A stretch of DNA of 24,345 nt from Candidatus Hodarchaeota archaeon (GTDB lineage: Archaea > Asgardarchaeota > Lokiarchaeia > Sigyniarchaeales > SOKP01), in the NCBI GenBank assembly GCA_048886685.1, contig JBHLKM010000031.1, positions 1-24,345 on the forward strand, read 5' to 3'. A program made the translations under genes and the position numbers. Below, piece by piece: positions 15,372 to 24,345 of the stretch (its first letter is position 1; each line of letters starts with the position of its first letter). The notes beneath the pieces were generated by a model that saw only the letters and a list, made by a program, of their open reading frames with translations, did not search any database and had not been told where the DNA came from.

Positions 15372-16856
15372 ATGGTAAATTTGAAATGGAAAGGTAAAAA
15401 AAATAGTAAAGAAATCTTTTCAAAAAGATTTAGAAATACACCTTTTCATATTCTTGACAATTATCAGTCGAAGGATTTTGGTATTAAATCAGAAGAAAAA
15501 TGGCAAAACTTACTTTTTTGGGGAGAAAATAGAGAGATAATAAATTCTTTATTAGACACATTCGAAAATAAAATATCTCTTATTTATATTGATCCCCCAT
15601 TTGCAACTGGAGGAGATTTTAATCTTAAGATTCAAATAGGTCAAGATGGAAAATATATCGATGATTTAGCTTATAAAGATAAGTGGAAAGAGGGATTAGA
15701 TTCTTATTTAACATTTTTGCAAGAAAGACTTGTGGATATGAAACGATTATTAACTTATAATGGTTCAATATATGTACATTTAGATTGGCACATCTCTCAT
15801 TATGTAAAAGTAATATTGGATGAAATTTTTGGTATAGATAATTTTAGAAATGAAATTGTTTGGGCGTACCCAGCAGCATCAGTTAAAACGAGACGCTTTT
15901 TTATAAGATCTTATGATACACTCCTTTTTTATTCAAAATCAGAAGATTATGTTTTTAATGATGACCCAAATATATATATGGAATACTCAAATCGAGTTAA
16001 AAATGCCTTAAAGAAAGATGAACAAGGAACATTTTATTATCGAGGTGGAAGCCATAATGGAAAGAAATTATCTCGAAAGGTTTATGTAGAACAAGAAGGA
16101 ATTTTCCCTAGAGATGTTTGGAACGATATACCATATATAAGGGCAAATACCACAGAATATCAAGGTTTTTCTACACAAAAACCTGAACGCTTGCTAAAGA
16201 GAATAATTTTAGCATCAACAAATGAAAAAGATATAGTAGCTGATTTCTTTTGTGGTTCTGGTACTACTCTGGTAGTAGCAGAGAAATTAGGACGACGTTG
16301 GATTGGATGTGATGTAAATAAAAATGCAATTCATATGTCAAGAAAACGAATTCTTGATATAAGCAGTAGTAATGACATCTTAAATTGGAAAAAAAAATAC
16401 AATAAACCATTTCATTCTTTTAAAATTCTTTCACTTGTCGATAGAAATGAAGTGCAGTTGATTTCTAAGGAATTTTTAGAAAATAAAAATCAAATTGAAC
16501 CTGTTTATACAAGACAAGAAAGTCCACAATTTAATATAGAAATATACCAAAATGATAATTCTGTAATGATTGAACTTATCGATTATTCTATACCTCATCT
16601 CAATTTAGTCTCTAAAAAAATTAGGAATAAAATTAAGTCTTTTTCAGATTGGATTGACTATTGGGCAATAGATTATGATTTTAATGACCAATTTTTCAAT
16701 AACATGTGGGTTTCTTTTAGAACTCCAAAAAAGAGAGAATTAATGTTAAAATCTAAACCATATCCTTATAATATGTCAGGAAAATACAATTTATCAATCA
16801 AATTAATTGACATATTCGGAATAGAAACTCAAAAATCCTATGAGATTATTATATAA
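15372..16856 (+). CDS. Amino (N6-A/N4-C) DNA methyltransferase, beta class, Type III Mod-like; no cognate nuclease in window
   Basis: Motif IV IYIDPPF precedes motif I DFFCGSGTT; also FRNEIVW, TQKPERLL and C-terminal DWIDYWAIDYDF. Confidence 0.9.
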   Translation: MVNLKWKGKKNSKEIFSKRFRNTPFHILDNYQSKDFGIKSEEKWQNLLFWGENREIINSLLDTFENKISLIYIDPPFATGGDFNLKIQIGQDGKYIDDLAYKDKWKEGLDSYLTFLQERLVDMKRLLTYNGSIYVHLDWHISHYVKVILDEIFGIDNFRNEIVWAYPAASVKTRRFFIRSYDTLLFYSKSEDYVFNDDPNIYMEYSNRVKNALKKDEQGTFYYRGGSHNGKKLSRKVYVEQEGIFPRDVWNDIPYIRANTTEYQGFSTQKPERLLKRIILASTNEKDIVADFFCGSGTTLVVAEKLGRRWIGCDVNKNAIHMSRKRILDISSSNDILNWKKKYNKPFHSFKILSLVDRNEVQLISKEFLENKNQIEPVYTRQESPQFNIEIYQNDNSVMIELIDYSIPHLNLVSKKIRNKIKSFSDWIDYWAIDYDFNDQFFNNMWVSFRTPKKRELMLKSKPYPYNMSGKYNLSIKLIDIFGIETQKSYEIII

Positions 16857-16858
16857 TT

Positions 16859-18250
16859 TCATTTAATTAGCTCTCTTAATAACATTGTTGCATAACAACC
16901 CTTTTGAAGTGAAAATTCAATTTTTATTTTCTTCTTACCGTGATAAAACTCATCATCTGTGAGTTCAACCATTTTTAAACCACTAGGTTTAACCGTCATA
17001 GCTCTAAGCGAACCTTTGAATTCACTCCCATTTATATATTTACTAAGAAAGATATTTTCATCTATCTGATCTGATTTAACTATTTCTTTGTAAATACCTT
17101 TCATTAAGGGGTATTCATCCATATTTGTATTGTTGCCAATAATAGGTAAGACTATTGAAGCTCGATTTAATTTCAGAGCTTGTTTTAAATATTTGTCATA
17201 GGTTCCTCCAAAAATATATTTTACCTTGGTAACACTTCCATTATAATCATCTAGTATGCATATTACATCTCCTTTAACTGGTTTAAATAACGGGATTCCT
17301 TTCTTTACCCTTAAGGAAAGCATTCTATTGAATAAATACGATTGAAATGAACTAATTAGTAATCTTATCAAGTCGGTTGGTAATGTATCTATAGCTCCTT
17401 GATAATCTCCTGGATTTTCAATTAAATAATTAATCATATCCCGTTCATATTGCAAAATTTTAGGAAAATTATTATAAGCTTTCTCTAAATTCCCATCCAT
17501 CGAGAGTTCACTTCTTACTTTTCTCGAATCTTCAGGTTCAGTAGAGTAAGTTGTTAACACATATTCTTCGTATGCTTTTTGATAATGACCTTCCAGCAGG
17601 AAACACCCTATAATATGCGAATTAGGTCGATAATTTCCAAACCTTTGAAGTCCAAAATAGTTAGGGAAACCAAAATTTCTTAGGAACTTTAGGTTTTTTT
17701 CTATATTATGTTTAATTTCTTTAGTGGTATCAAGGTTTCTAATTGTTATTGTGAAATTATTGCCTAAATGGCTACCCAATTTGACTGGTTTTTTGGAAGG
17801 ATAAACACTTCTAATAAAAATATCGTGTAATTTCAGATTCTTTAATTGATCAATATAATTTCCCTTGATAGAAATCTTTTGGACAGAAATAGCCTGCTTA
17901 TCTTTTAGTCCAGAATAACTAATTAAATTATTTGGGATCTTAAGAGCTTTCCTAATTTTTTTAACCGCTTCAAAAGTATCCTTATTAATTTTGACTAAGT
18001 TAAATGTAGTATATTTATCTATTAATTCCTTCGAAAAATTAGGGCTTGAATAATCCTCCTTTATATCTAGTATTCTCCCATTCTTATCTATCTCTTTCAC
18101 TATAAAATCTTTAAAAAGAGTTTTATATTCTCCCTTAATTCCATTTATTTTGTGAGTAGCATAAATTTCAATTCCAACGAACTTTTCTACTTCCTTTTCA
18201 TTGTTATCTTTAAAAGAATAAGTAATGCTACTTTTTTCTTTATCTAACAA
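16859..18250 (-). CDS. truD: tRNA pseudouridine(13) synthase TruD/Pus7
   Basis: DFIVKEI, catalytic GLKDKQAIS, GNNFTITIR, PNYFGLQRFG, FSLQKGCYATMLLRE. Confidence 0.95.
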   Translation of the reverse strand: MLDKEKSSITYSFKDNNEKEVEKFVGIEIYATHKINGIKGEYKTLFKDFIVKEIDKNGRILDIKEDYSSPNFSKELIDKYTTFNLVKINKDTFEAVKKIRKALKIPNNLISYSGLKDKQAISVQKISIKGNYIDQLKNLKLHDIFIRSVYPSKKPVKLGSHLGNNFTITIRNLDTTKEIKHNIEKNLKFLRNFGFPNYFGLQRFGNYRPNSHIIGCFLLEGHYQKAYEEYVLTTYSTEPEDSRKVRSELSMDGNLEKAYNNFPKILQYERDMINYLIENPGDYQGAIDTLPTDLIRLLISSFQSYLFNRMLSLRVKKGIPLFKPVKGDVICILDDYNGSVTKVKYIFGGTYDKYLKQALKLNRASIVLPIIGNNTNMDEYPLMKGIYKEIVKSDQIDENIFLSKYINGSEFKGSLRAMTVKPSGLKMVELTDDEFYHGKKKIKIEFSLQKGCYATMLLRELIK

Positions 18251-18276
18251 TTTTTTTTTAGCCTACATTTATACCA

Positions 18277-18633
18277 TTATAATAATTTGAGATCTCCGGT
18301 AATCTTATCAATTTCTTCTGATATATCTGGACCAATGCCTACAGAAGTTGTTGTACCAGGAGCCAACTGAGTGAGTCCCGCATCTTTTACAATAAAATAT
18401 GGCACTTTATTAGATTCTAACTTTTTAACTATTTCTTTTAGTTCTTCCAAATTACTTATCTTAAGAACTACCTTTTTCTGCCCAGAGTTCTTCCAATTTT
18501 TCCAAATACTTTTATTTTGAATACGAACTAGATCTGATGCTGAAACACTTGCATGACATGATTGAGCACACTTTTTTCCTGTGCTCATTTTCAAATCTGT
18601 TCTTATTAAAATTACTTGTTTATATTCTTCCAC
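18277..18633 (-). CDS. pth2: Peptidyl-tRNA hydrolase Pth2
   Basis: [48 protein letters not shown]; GTG start. Confidence 0.96.
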   Translation of the reverse strand: MEEYKQVILIRTDLKMSTGKKCAQSCHASVSASDLVRIQNKSIWKNWKNSGQKKVVLKISNLEELKEIVKKLESNKVPYFIVKDAGLTQLAPGTTTSVGIGPDISEEIDKITGDLKLL

Positions 18634-18683
18634 ATTAGTTCTATTAAATATTAGGAATATAATTAATTAAATTTTATCGATTA

Positions 18684-19196
18684 TCATTGAAACTCCACCC
18701 GAATAACATTACCAGTCAATTCAAAAATCAGTTCTTCAAGTTCTTCTTTAGTAAACAAAAGGTTCTCTCTATCATCTTCCCATAAAACAGCTCTAAATTG
18801 AACATCACCAGTTGCTAAGAATATTTCATTTAGGGAAATTAATTTGTACGGATTAATTAAAGCTTCTATTATTGGTCGAGGCTTGTTAGTTTTTTCAACT
18901 AAGATTATATTATCTACTTCATAAGTCTCTTTTATCCAGTCCAACAATTCTGGAGTTATATGTAATTTATCCCTCTTCCCTATTACAAGAATTATAAGAT
19001 CTTCATAATCAATTGCCTTATAAAAAGAGACATCTTTTAAAAATACAAACTGTTCATTAACTTCCTCTAATTCTAAAAGATCCTTTGCCAAATCGATCTC
19101 GAATTCAGTAATTTCACCGGCATCAAGCCTGGCTTGACAATTACTACACAAGAAACCAGAATTTATACAAGTTTTATCCGCAGGGAGTATTTTCAT
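18684..19196 (-). CDS. Archaeal NusA-like protein (N-terminal Cys-rich Zn-binding segment plus KH-like domains)
   Basis: DKTCINSGFLCSNCQARLDAGEITEFEI N-terminus is typical of the archaeal NusA paralog family. Confidence 0.7.
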   Translation of the reverse strand: MKILPADKTCINSGFLCSNCQARLDAGEITEFEIDLAKDLLELEEVNEQFVFLKDVSFYKAIDYEDLIILVIGKRDKLHITPELLDWIKETYEVDNIILVEKTNKPRPIIEALINPYKLISLNEIFLATGDVQFRAVLWEDDRENLLFTKEELEELIFELTGNVIRVEFQ

Positions 19197-19384
19197 ATTA
19201 TTTAAACTCGAGAGAAGAGATCGATTTTAATATTAGTCTACCTAAATGCTTTAGGAGATCTATGGTAATTGAGATCAATTAAATATATTTAATTAATTTT
19301 ATGATAAAGATCCTTAAACTGTTTCTTTAAATGCTTTATCTCTATGATTTCAATTTGCTTTTAAAAGAAATATATATGCCAATT

Positions 19385-20305
19385 TTATATTTTTACAGTA
19401 AGAATCTTATCAATTTCATCTTCAATAGTCAAGATTTCTTTAATAACGTCTCTAAATTCTACTTTAGACACTTTTTCTCTATTTAACACAGTTTTTGCTA
19501 TTGCTTTATATTTCTCAATCGTATCAAAATCAGCAAAATTTTTAAGCTTCAAACAGAGAGAATATAGATAGGAGTAAGTCTCTGAATATTTTGAATATTC
19601 TAAAGACTCTTTTACCATATCTAAATAATATTGTAATCTAAGTCTCCGATCTTTAATTTCATCTCTGAGAGATTTTGCTTCTGTTTGATATTCAATAAAT
19701 TTCTCATCATCTCGAAGTTTTTCGGAAATATCAATTAACTTCTTAGAAATTTCATATTTTTCTAGATAATTTTCCTCAACTAAATATTGTGTGGTGAGCT
19801 CCTCTTTTTCCTCCAATAAATTTTCTCTCAATTGTTCAGAAAGAGCACCCTTTTGTTCCCAAATTGATTTTAAAATAGAACTCTGATTGTTAGTTAAAGA
19901 GGATTCAGAAATTAACTTCTTATTAGATAGAATTAGCTTTATAATTGTTAAATCAAATATTTCAAGCTTCTCCGGCTCTTGATTCCAATTAGTGAATAAT
20001 TCACTATGATCCATTATAATCTTGATAATCTTAGGGATCATTTTCTGAGCTTCTTTTATATCTTCACTATCAATTATGATTACTAAATCAGAAGCTACTT
20101 CATTTATCCTTGAAATAAGAACGAGATACGCCCCTAATTCAATTGTACTTAGTGACTCTGTGCTACTCTCAGTTAATTCAGACACAAAAGTTTGGAGTGC
20201 AGAAAAAAAGGAGCTAAACATTTCCATTTTTTCATCGCTTTGAAAATTCTTGTTATATAACAACTTCTTTGTATTGCTTTGAAAGATATAAAGTGATTGG
20301 ATCAT
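19385..20305 (-). CDS. Longin-like domain protein with helical C-terminal region
   Basis: MIQSLYIF..KLLYNKNF..MFSSFFSALQTFVSEL..LSTIELG..VIIID gives a beta-beta-alpha-beta-beta-beta-alpha longin pattern. Confidence 0.72.
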   Translation of the reverse strand: MIQSLYIFQSNTKKLLYNKNFQSDEKMEMFSSFFSALQTFVSELTESSTESLSTIELGAYLVLISRINEVASDLVIIIDSEDIKEAQKMIPKIIKIIMDHSELFTNWNQEPEKLEIFDLTIIKLILSNKKLISESSLTNNQSSILKSIWEQKGALSEQLRENLLEEKEELTTQYLVEENYLEKYEISKKLIDISEKLRDDEKFIEYQTEAKSLRDEIKDRRLRLQYYLDMVKESLEYSKYSETYSYLYSLCLKLKNFADFDTIEKYKAIAKTVLNREKVSKVEFRDVIKEILTIEDEIDKILTVKI

Positions 20306-20496
20306 GCGTAAAACTTGATGATTAATAGAATTTAAAATTATAATATATCTAATTTATACCTTTATTTACATGATCTAAATTGTAAAATATATAATTATCC
20401 TTTTCAACAAGGAAAAGTAATAATTTAATATCTATATTTACGAATTCTCTTAATAAAAGAGGATAAAAACTAACTTATAAAAATAGTTTTTCTAAC

Positions 20497-20691
20497 TTAT
20501 AATTCTATAATATCACAGGATATATTCCTTAGAAGTCTTTCTGCAGTTAGTGGATCTGTTTTAAATGTATAAAGAATTTTTTTAGTTCTTAGTTTCAATT
20601 TAACAACTTCTTTTAAGCGCTTAACTCTGCAATGAACAGCGAATTCCGACAACTCTATAAATTTTTCTTCATCAAAAATTTCTCTAGGCAT
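20497..20691 (-). CDS. rpl38e: Ribosomal protein eL38
   Basis: MPREI..F....RVKR..VKLKLRT...LYTFK matches eL38. Confidence 0.9.
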   Translation of the reverse strand: MPREIFDEEKFIELSEFAVHCRVKRLKEVVKLKLRTKKILYTFKTDPLTAERLLRNISCDIIEL

Positions 20692-20882
20692 AGTAACTCA
20701 ACTAAGCTATGATAATGTAATTGTTAAATAGATCTATTTACTATAGAATTTTAATTTTATCATATTCTACAATAATTTAATCAAAAATTTTATTTTGAAT
20801 CGTGTGTTTTTGAAATTATTCTTATATTTATTATTTCTAAGTAAGATCTTAAGCAATTAAAAGAAAAGGAATACTGAGAAAA

Positions 20883-21044
20883 ATGCCGATTGATGACCCA
20901 GCGAAACGAAGAATCGCCCGATATCATTTATTGGAGAAAAGTGTTTGCCGAAAATGTGGAGCTTTAAATCCCGTTAGAGCAAAGAAATGTAGACGTTGCC
21001 ATAGTAAAGATTTACGACCTAAAAGAAGAGAGCTTACTAAGTAA
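20883..21044 (+). CDS. rpl40e: Ribosomal protein eL40 (not in ORF track)
   Basis: MPIDDPAKRRIARYHLLEKSVCRKCGALNPVRAKKCRRCHSKDLRPKRRELTK shows the CRKC...NP..A..CRRC...LRPK signature. Confidence 0.96.
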   Translation: MPIDDPAKRRIARYHLLEKSVCRKCGALNPVRAKKCRRCHSKDLRPKRRELTK

Positions 21045-21163
21045 ATCAAAATTGTTAACACTAACAAATTCTTGTCATTAATATTTAATAAGCTCGTTTA
21101 GATTTACATTACTATAAATCCTTATCACATACAATTTCATATAATAATTTCTTGTTTTTCTCT

Positions 21164-24100
21164 TTAGTTCTTCACTTTCTCAGTTAACCATTTTTTGATT
21201 AGTTTCATCGAAATAATGCTAAATAAACTAAAAATTATGAATAAATCGAAACCGGGGATTGCTCGGGTAGTTTTTCCAGAAATGCATTTAATTACTATCA
21301 ATTCTACCATTGATACAAAACCTTGGGTGTTATTTGCATAAAAAGTAATTGTCACTCTTCCATTTTCTTTATTATTCCATTCATTTTGATCAATATTTCC
21401 CGTCAATTCATTAATTGTTAAATTTGTGATTCCAGCATCTAGAGTATACCAAAATGTATCTAAACTTTGTCCTAAAATGGTTAAGTTAAAACTAGGAGCA
21501 AGTTTACCATAAACCTCATATTGACTCGGGGAATTAATAATGATTATGGGATATCGGGAAATTGAGAAGTATTTTAAATTTGAGTAAAAAGTAATCCCTT
21601 GTATATCAGTACCAACTATCTGAATTTTATGTAATCCATCTTCTGGCATAACAATAGTAATATTTCCTAGAATTGGTTTATTTAACATACCATCAAGAGA
21701 ATAACTTATCCACTCTAAACCGATATTGGATTTAAAGCTTAATATTAATCCTTCCTTCCTATTATCTCCTATATTATAATTTGGATCCCAACTATATCCA
21801 AAAGCATCAAAATAAGAATGATATGAAGTATCACCATAACGAGATTTTATTAAAATCTCATCGATATATATATCATCAAGCCAAAATCCAAGTGCACCAT
21901 AATCAATATCGTTAATAAAGACTCTATATTGATATTGCGATAAACCTTCATATCCTCCTGTTGTACACTCAAAATCTATTCTAATATGATACCATATATT
22001 ATCATCAGCATTTTCAATGTCATGCCAGCTTCCATCATAATATCGAAATTTACCTTCATCTATAATAATATTAAAAAGTGTTATACTAGCTTTTCTAAAA
22101 TCTATATCTGTATATAACGCAGAATCTGTTGTTCTTACCCAAAATTCAACTGTTCCATTTTGCCTAGCCTTAAATTCATTAGTAATGGAATAGATTTCTG
22201 TCCCAGAATTATCATAACAATCTATAACACGATTATGACCACCTAAGGAATCAATAACTTGAACCGTACAATTTATTCCTGAGTTATCAATCCAATGAGA
22301 TGGAAAAATCCCACTATTATCGTTTTCAAAACCAAAAGTTCCTGGATAATATGAACTCATAGGACCAAAATAAGTTTGATTCTTGGGAGTGATAATTTCT
22401 ATCAAAGGATTAGTGTTAATTGTGAAATATCTAATTGTAGATTGGACTTTTGATCCTTGCCAATCAACCCCAAACACTTGAATTCTATGTACACCATCGA
22501 CAGGTAGTACTAAAGTAGTATTTCCAAGAATTGTCTTATTCATATTTCCATCTAGTGAATATCCTATCCAATCAAAAGCAATATCAGTTTTGAAACTAAG
22601 TAATAATCCTTCTCTTAGATTATCTCCAACAATGTAGCTCTGATCCCAACTAAATCCAAAAGCATCGAAATAAGAATGATAACCCTTATTCAAATAATGC
22701 GTTTTTATTATTATCCTGTTAATAGCTGTACGATTACGCCAAAAGTTAATCACGCCATAATCTACATCATTAATATAAACCTTATATTGATACTGTGAGA
22801 GACCACCAAACCCTCCTGTTGTACACTCAAATTCGATTTTTATATGATACCAGAGGTTATCATAAGCATTAGCGATATAGTTCATAACAGAACCATTCCA
22901 ATAATTGAATTGTTCATTTTCAATGATAAAAGTAAATACCTGAGTCCCGCTTATCAAGAAATCAATATCCGTATATAAAGTAGCATTTGTGGTTCTCACC
23001 CAAAACTCTATAGTACCACTTGATTGATTTGAAAATTCGGTATCAATTGAAGAAATATTTGAATCAGAGTTATCAAAACAATCTAAAACATGGCTGTGAC
23101 CATCTAAAGTATCAATAACTTGAACAGAGCAATTTGATCCGGAACCATCAGTCCAATTGGCAGGAAAATTTCCAATATCATCATTTTCAAACCCAAATGT
23201 CGCAGAGTAGTATCCACGCATTGGATTATAATAGGTTTGATTTTGGGGAGTTGTAATTTTAATATAAGGGTCTTTATTAACTGTAAAGTATCTAATATCA
23301 GAGAAAATTAGAGTTCCAGCATCCTCACCAATTATTTGAATCGAATGGAGTCCATTTTCAGGAAATACAATAGTAATATTGCCATAAATTACCCTTTTGG
23401 CGGTCTGATCAAATGAATATGATATCCAATCATACGGAATACTAATATCGAAACTAAGTAATAATCCTTCATTTTTATTATCACCCACATCATAAAAATA
23501 GTCCCAACTATGACCGAATGCATCGAAATAAGAATGATATCCCTTATGCAAATTATGTGATTTTACTACAATCCTATCTATATGTGTACCAGTGTTCCAA
23601 AAGCCAATGATTCCATAATCATTACCATTTATATAAATTTTATATTGATATTGGGATAGTCCCATATAACCCCCAGTCGTACAATCGAAATCAATTCTTA
23701 CGTGATACCAGATATTATCATTAGCGTCTTCAAAACTAACCCAAGACCCATTGTAATACCTAAATTTATCAATCTCAATAACGAAATTAAATAGTGTAAG
23801 CCCGCCTTGTGTGAAATCTACATTCGTATAATAGGTAGTATCATTAGTTCTAACCCAAAATTCAATTGTACCACTAGATTGGGGATCAAAAGTATCTTCA
23901 ATCGAAAATATAGCAGAATCAGAATTATCATATCCATCTATAACATTGTTATGACCATCTAAAGAACCAATAACTTGAACAGAGCAATTTAACCCAGAAT
24001 TATCAGTCCAATTGGCAGGAAAATTTCCAATATCATCATTTTCAAACCCAAAAACTCCCGGATAATAACCATTCATTGGTTTTGTATAAGTTTTATTTTC

Positions 24101-24274
24101 TGGCGTAAAAATATTAATATCTGGTTGATTCGCTCTTAAAGTATCATATCGAGTTAAATCTATCGGGGATATACTTGATACAGTAAAATACATCATAGTT
24201 AAAGGAATAAGTAATAAAACTAGGAATAACAAAACTTCTAAATTAATTCTATATCTTGCATTTCGACTTCGCAT
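21164..24274 (-). CDS. Cell-surface protein with three tandem ConA/LamG-like plus Ig-like repeats and a C-terminal sorting signal (PGF-/Loki-CTERM-like)
   Basis: N-terminal basic plus hydrophobic signal or anchor. Three repeats each contain SGTIEFWVRT...WYHIRIDF...YINGxDYG-type motifs. Ends IPGFDLFIIFSLFSIISMKLIKKW. Confidence 0.85.
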   Translation of the reverse strand: MRSRNARYRINLEVLLFLVLLLIPLTMMYFTVSSISPIDLTRYDTLRANQPDINIFTPENKTYTKPMNGYYPGVFGFENDDIGNFPANWTDNSGLNCSVQVIGSLDGHNNVIDGYDNSDSAIFSIEDTFDPQSSGTIEFWVRTNDTTYYTNVDFTQGGLTLFNFVIEIDKFRYYNGSWVSFEDANDNIWYHVRIDFDCTTGGYMGLSQYQYKIYINGNDYGIIGFWNTGTHIDRIVVKSHNLHKGYHSYFDAFGHSWDYFYDVGDNKNEGLLLSFDISIPYDWISYSFDQTAKRVIYGNITIVFPENGLHSIQIIGEDAGTLIFSDIRYFTVNKDPYIKITTPQNQTYYNPMRGYYSATFGFENDDIGNFPANWTDGSGSNCSVQVIDTLDGHSHVLDCFDNSDSNISSIDTEFSNQSSGTIEFWVRTTNATLYTDIDFLISGTQVFTFIIENEQFNYWNGSVMNYIANAYDNLWYHIKIEFECTTGGFGGLSQYQYKVYINDVDYGVINFWRNRTAINRIIIKTHYLNKGYHSYFDAFGFSWDQSYIVGDNLREGLLLSFKTDIAFDWIGYSLDGNMNKTILGNTTLVLPVDGVHRIQVFGVDWQGSKVQSTIRYFTINTNPLIEIITPKNQTYFGPMSSYYPGTFGFENDNSGIFPSHWIDNSGINCTVQVIDSLGGHNRVIDCYDNSGTEIYSITNEFKARQNGTVEFWVRTTDSALYTDIDFRKASITLFNIIIDEGKFRYYDGSWHDIENADDNIWYHIRIDFECTTGGYEGLSQYQYRVFINDIDYGALGFWLDDIYIDEILIKSRYGDTSYHSYFDAFGYSWDPNYNIGDNRKEGLILSFKSNIGLEWISYSLDGMLNKPILGNITIVMPEDGLHKIQIVGTDIQGITFYSNLKYFSISRYPIIIINSPSQYEVYGKLAPSFNLTILGQSLDTFWYTLDAGITNLTINELTGNIDQNEWNNKENGRVTITFYANNTQGFVSMVELIVIKCISGKTTRAIPGFDLFIIFSLFSIISMKLIKKWLTEKVKN
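21551..24124 (-). repeat. Three intragenic tandem repeats of 855, 861 and 858 bp
   Basis: Equivalent Pro codons (PDINIFTP, PYIKITTP, PLIEIITP, PIIIINSP) start at 24124, 23269, 22408 and 21550. Confidence 0.9.
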
Positions 24275-24345
24275 TGAATTTAACCAGTTGATATTAGGAT
24301 TAACTATTTAATAGTTAGTAACCTTAATATTTAAAATATTCATGT

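Noticed and set aside
1-24345. CRISPR arrays, transposases, integrases, rRNA
   Set aside because: No regularly spaced short repeats or recognisable motifs for these were seen.

Overview
AT-rich archaeal chromosomal window. Gene content points to an Asgard archaeon of the Lokiarchaeia type (inference): longin-like domains, an Rpn11/CSN5-like JAMM protein, eL38, an archaeal-type AspRS, and a surface protein with an IPGF-TM-basic C-terminal sorting signal. Most genes are housekeeping (prs, map, aspS, truD, pth2, NusA-like, rpl38e, rpl40e), flanked by two large cell-surface protein genes. The main unexplained element is a ~500-nt ORF-free segment (11681-12178). It has an upstream TATA box, a 16-bp terminal helix with G-U pairs, nested internal helices and a T8 tract, so it is probably a large structured ncRNA. 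Its topology partly recalls RNase P/MRP RNA, but it lacks the canonical catalytic consensus. Also notable are a single-pass receptor-like protein with a cytoplasmic uDENN/longin plus winged-helix module, a degenerate IscU-like protein, a divergent Alba with a coupled Zn-ribbon microprotein, and an orphan DNA methyltransferase. Three small ORFs are missing from the supplied track (3710-3877, 10133-10303, 20883-21044). All calls come from reading motifs by eye; no searches were run.
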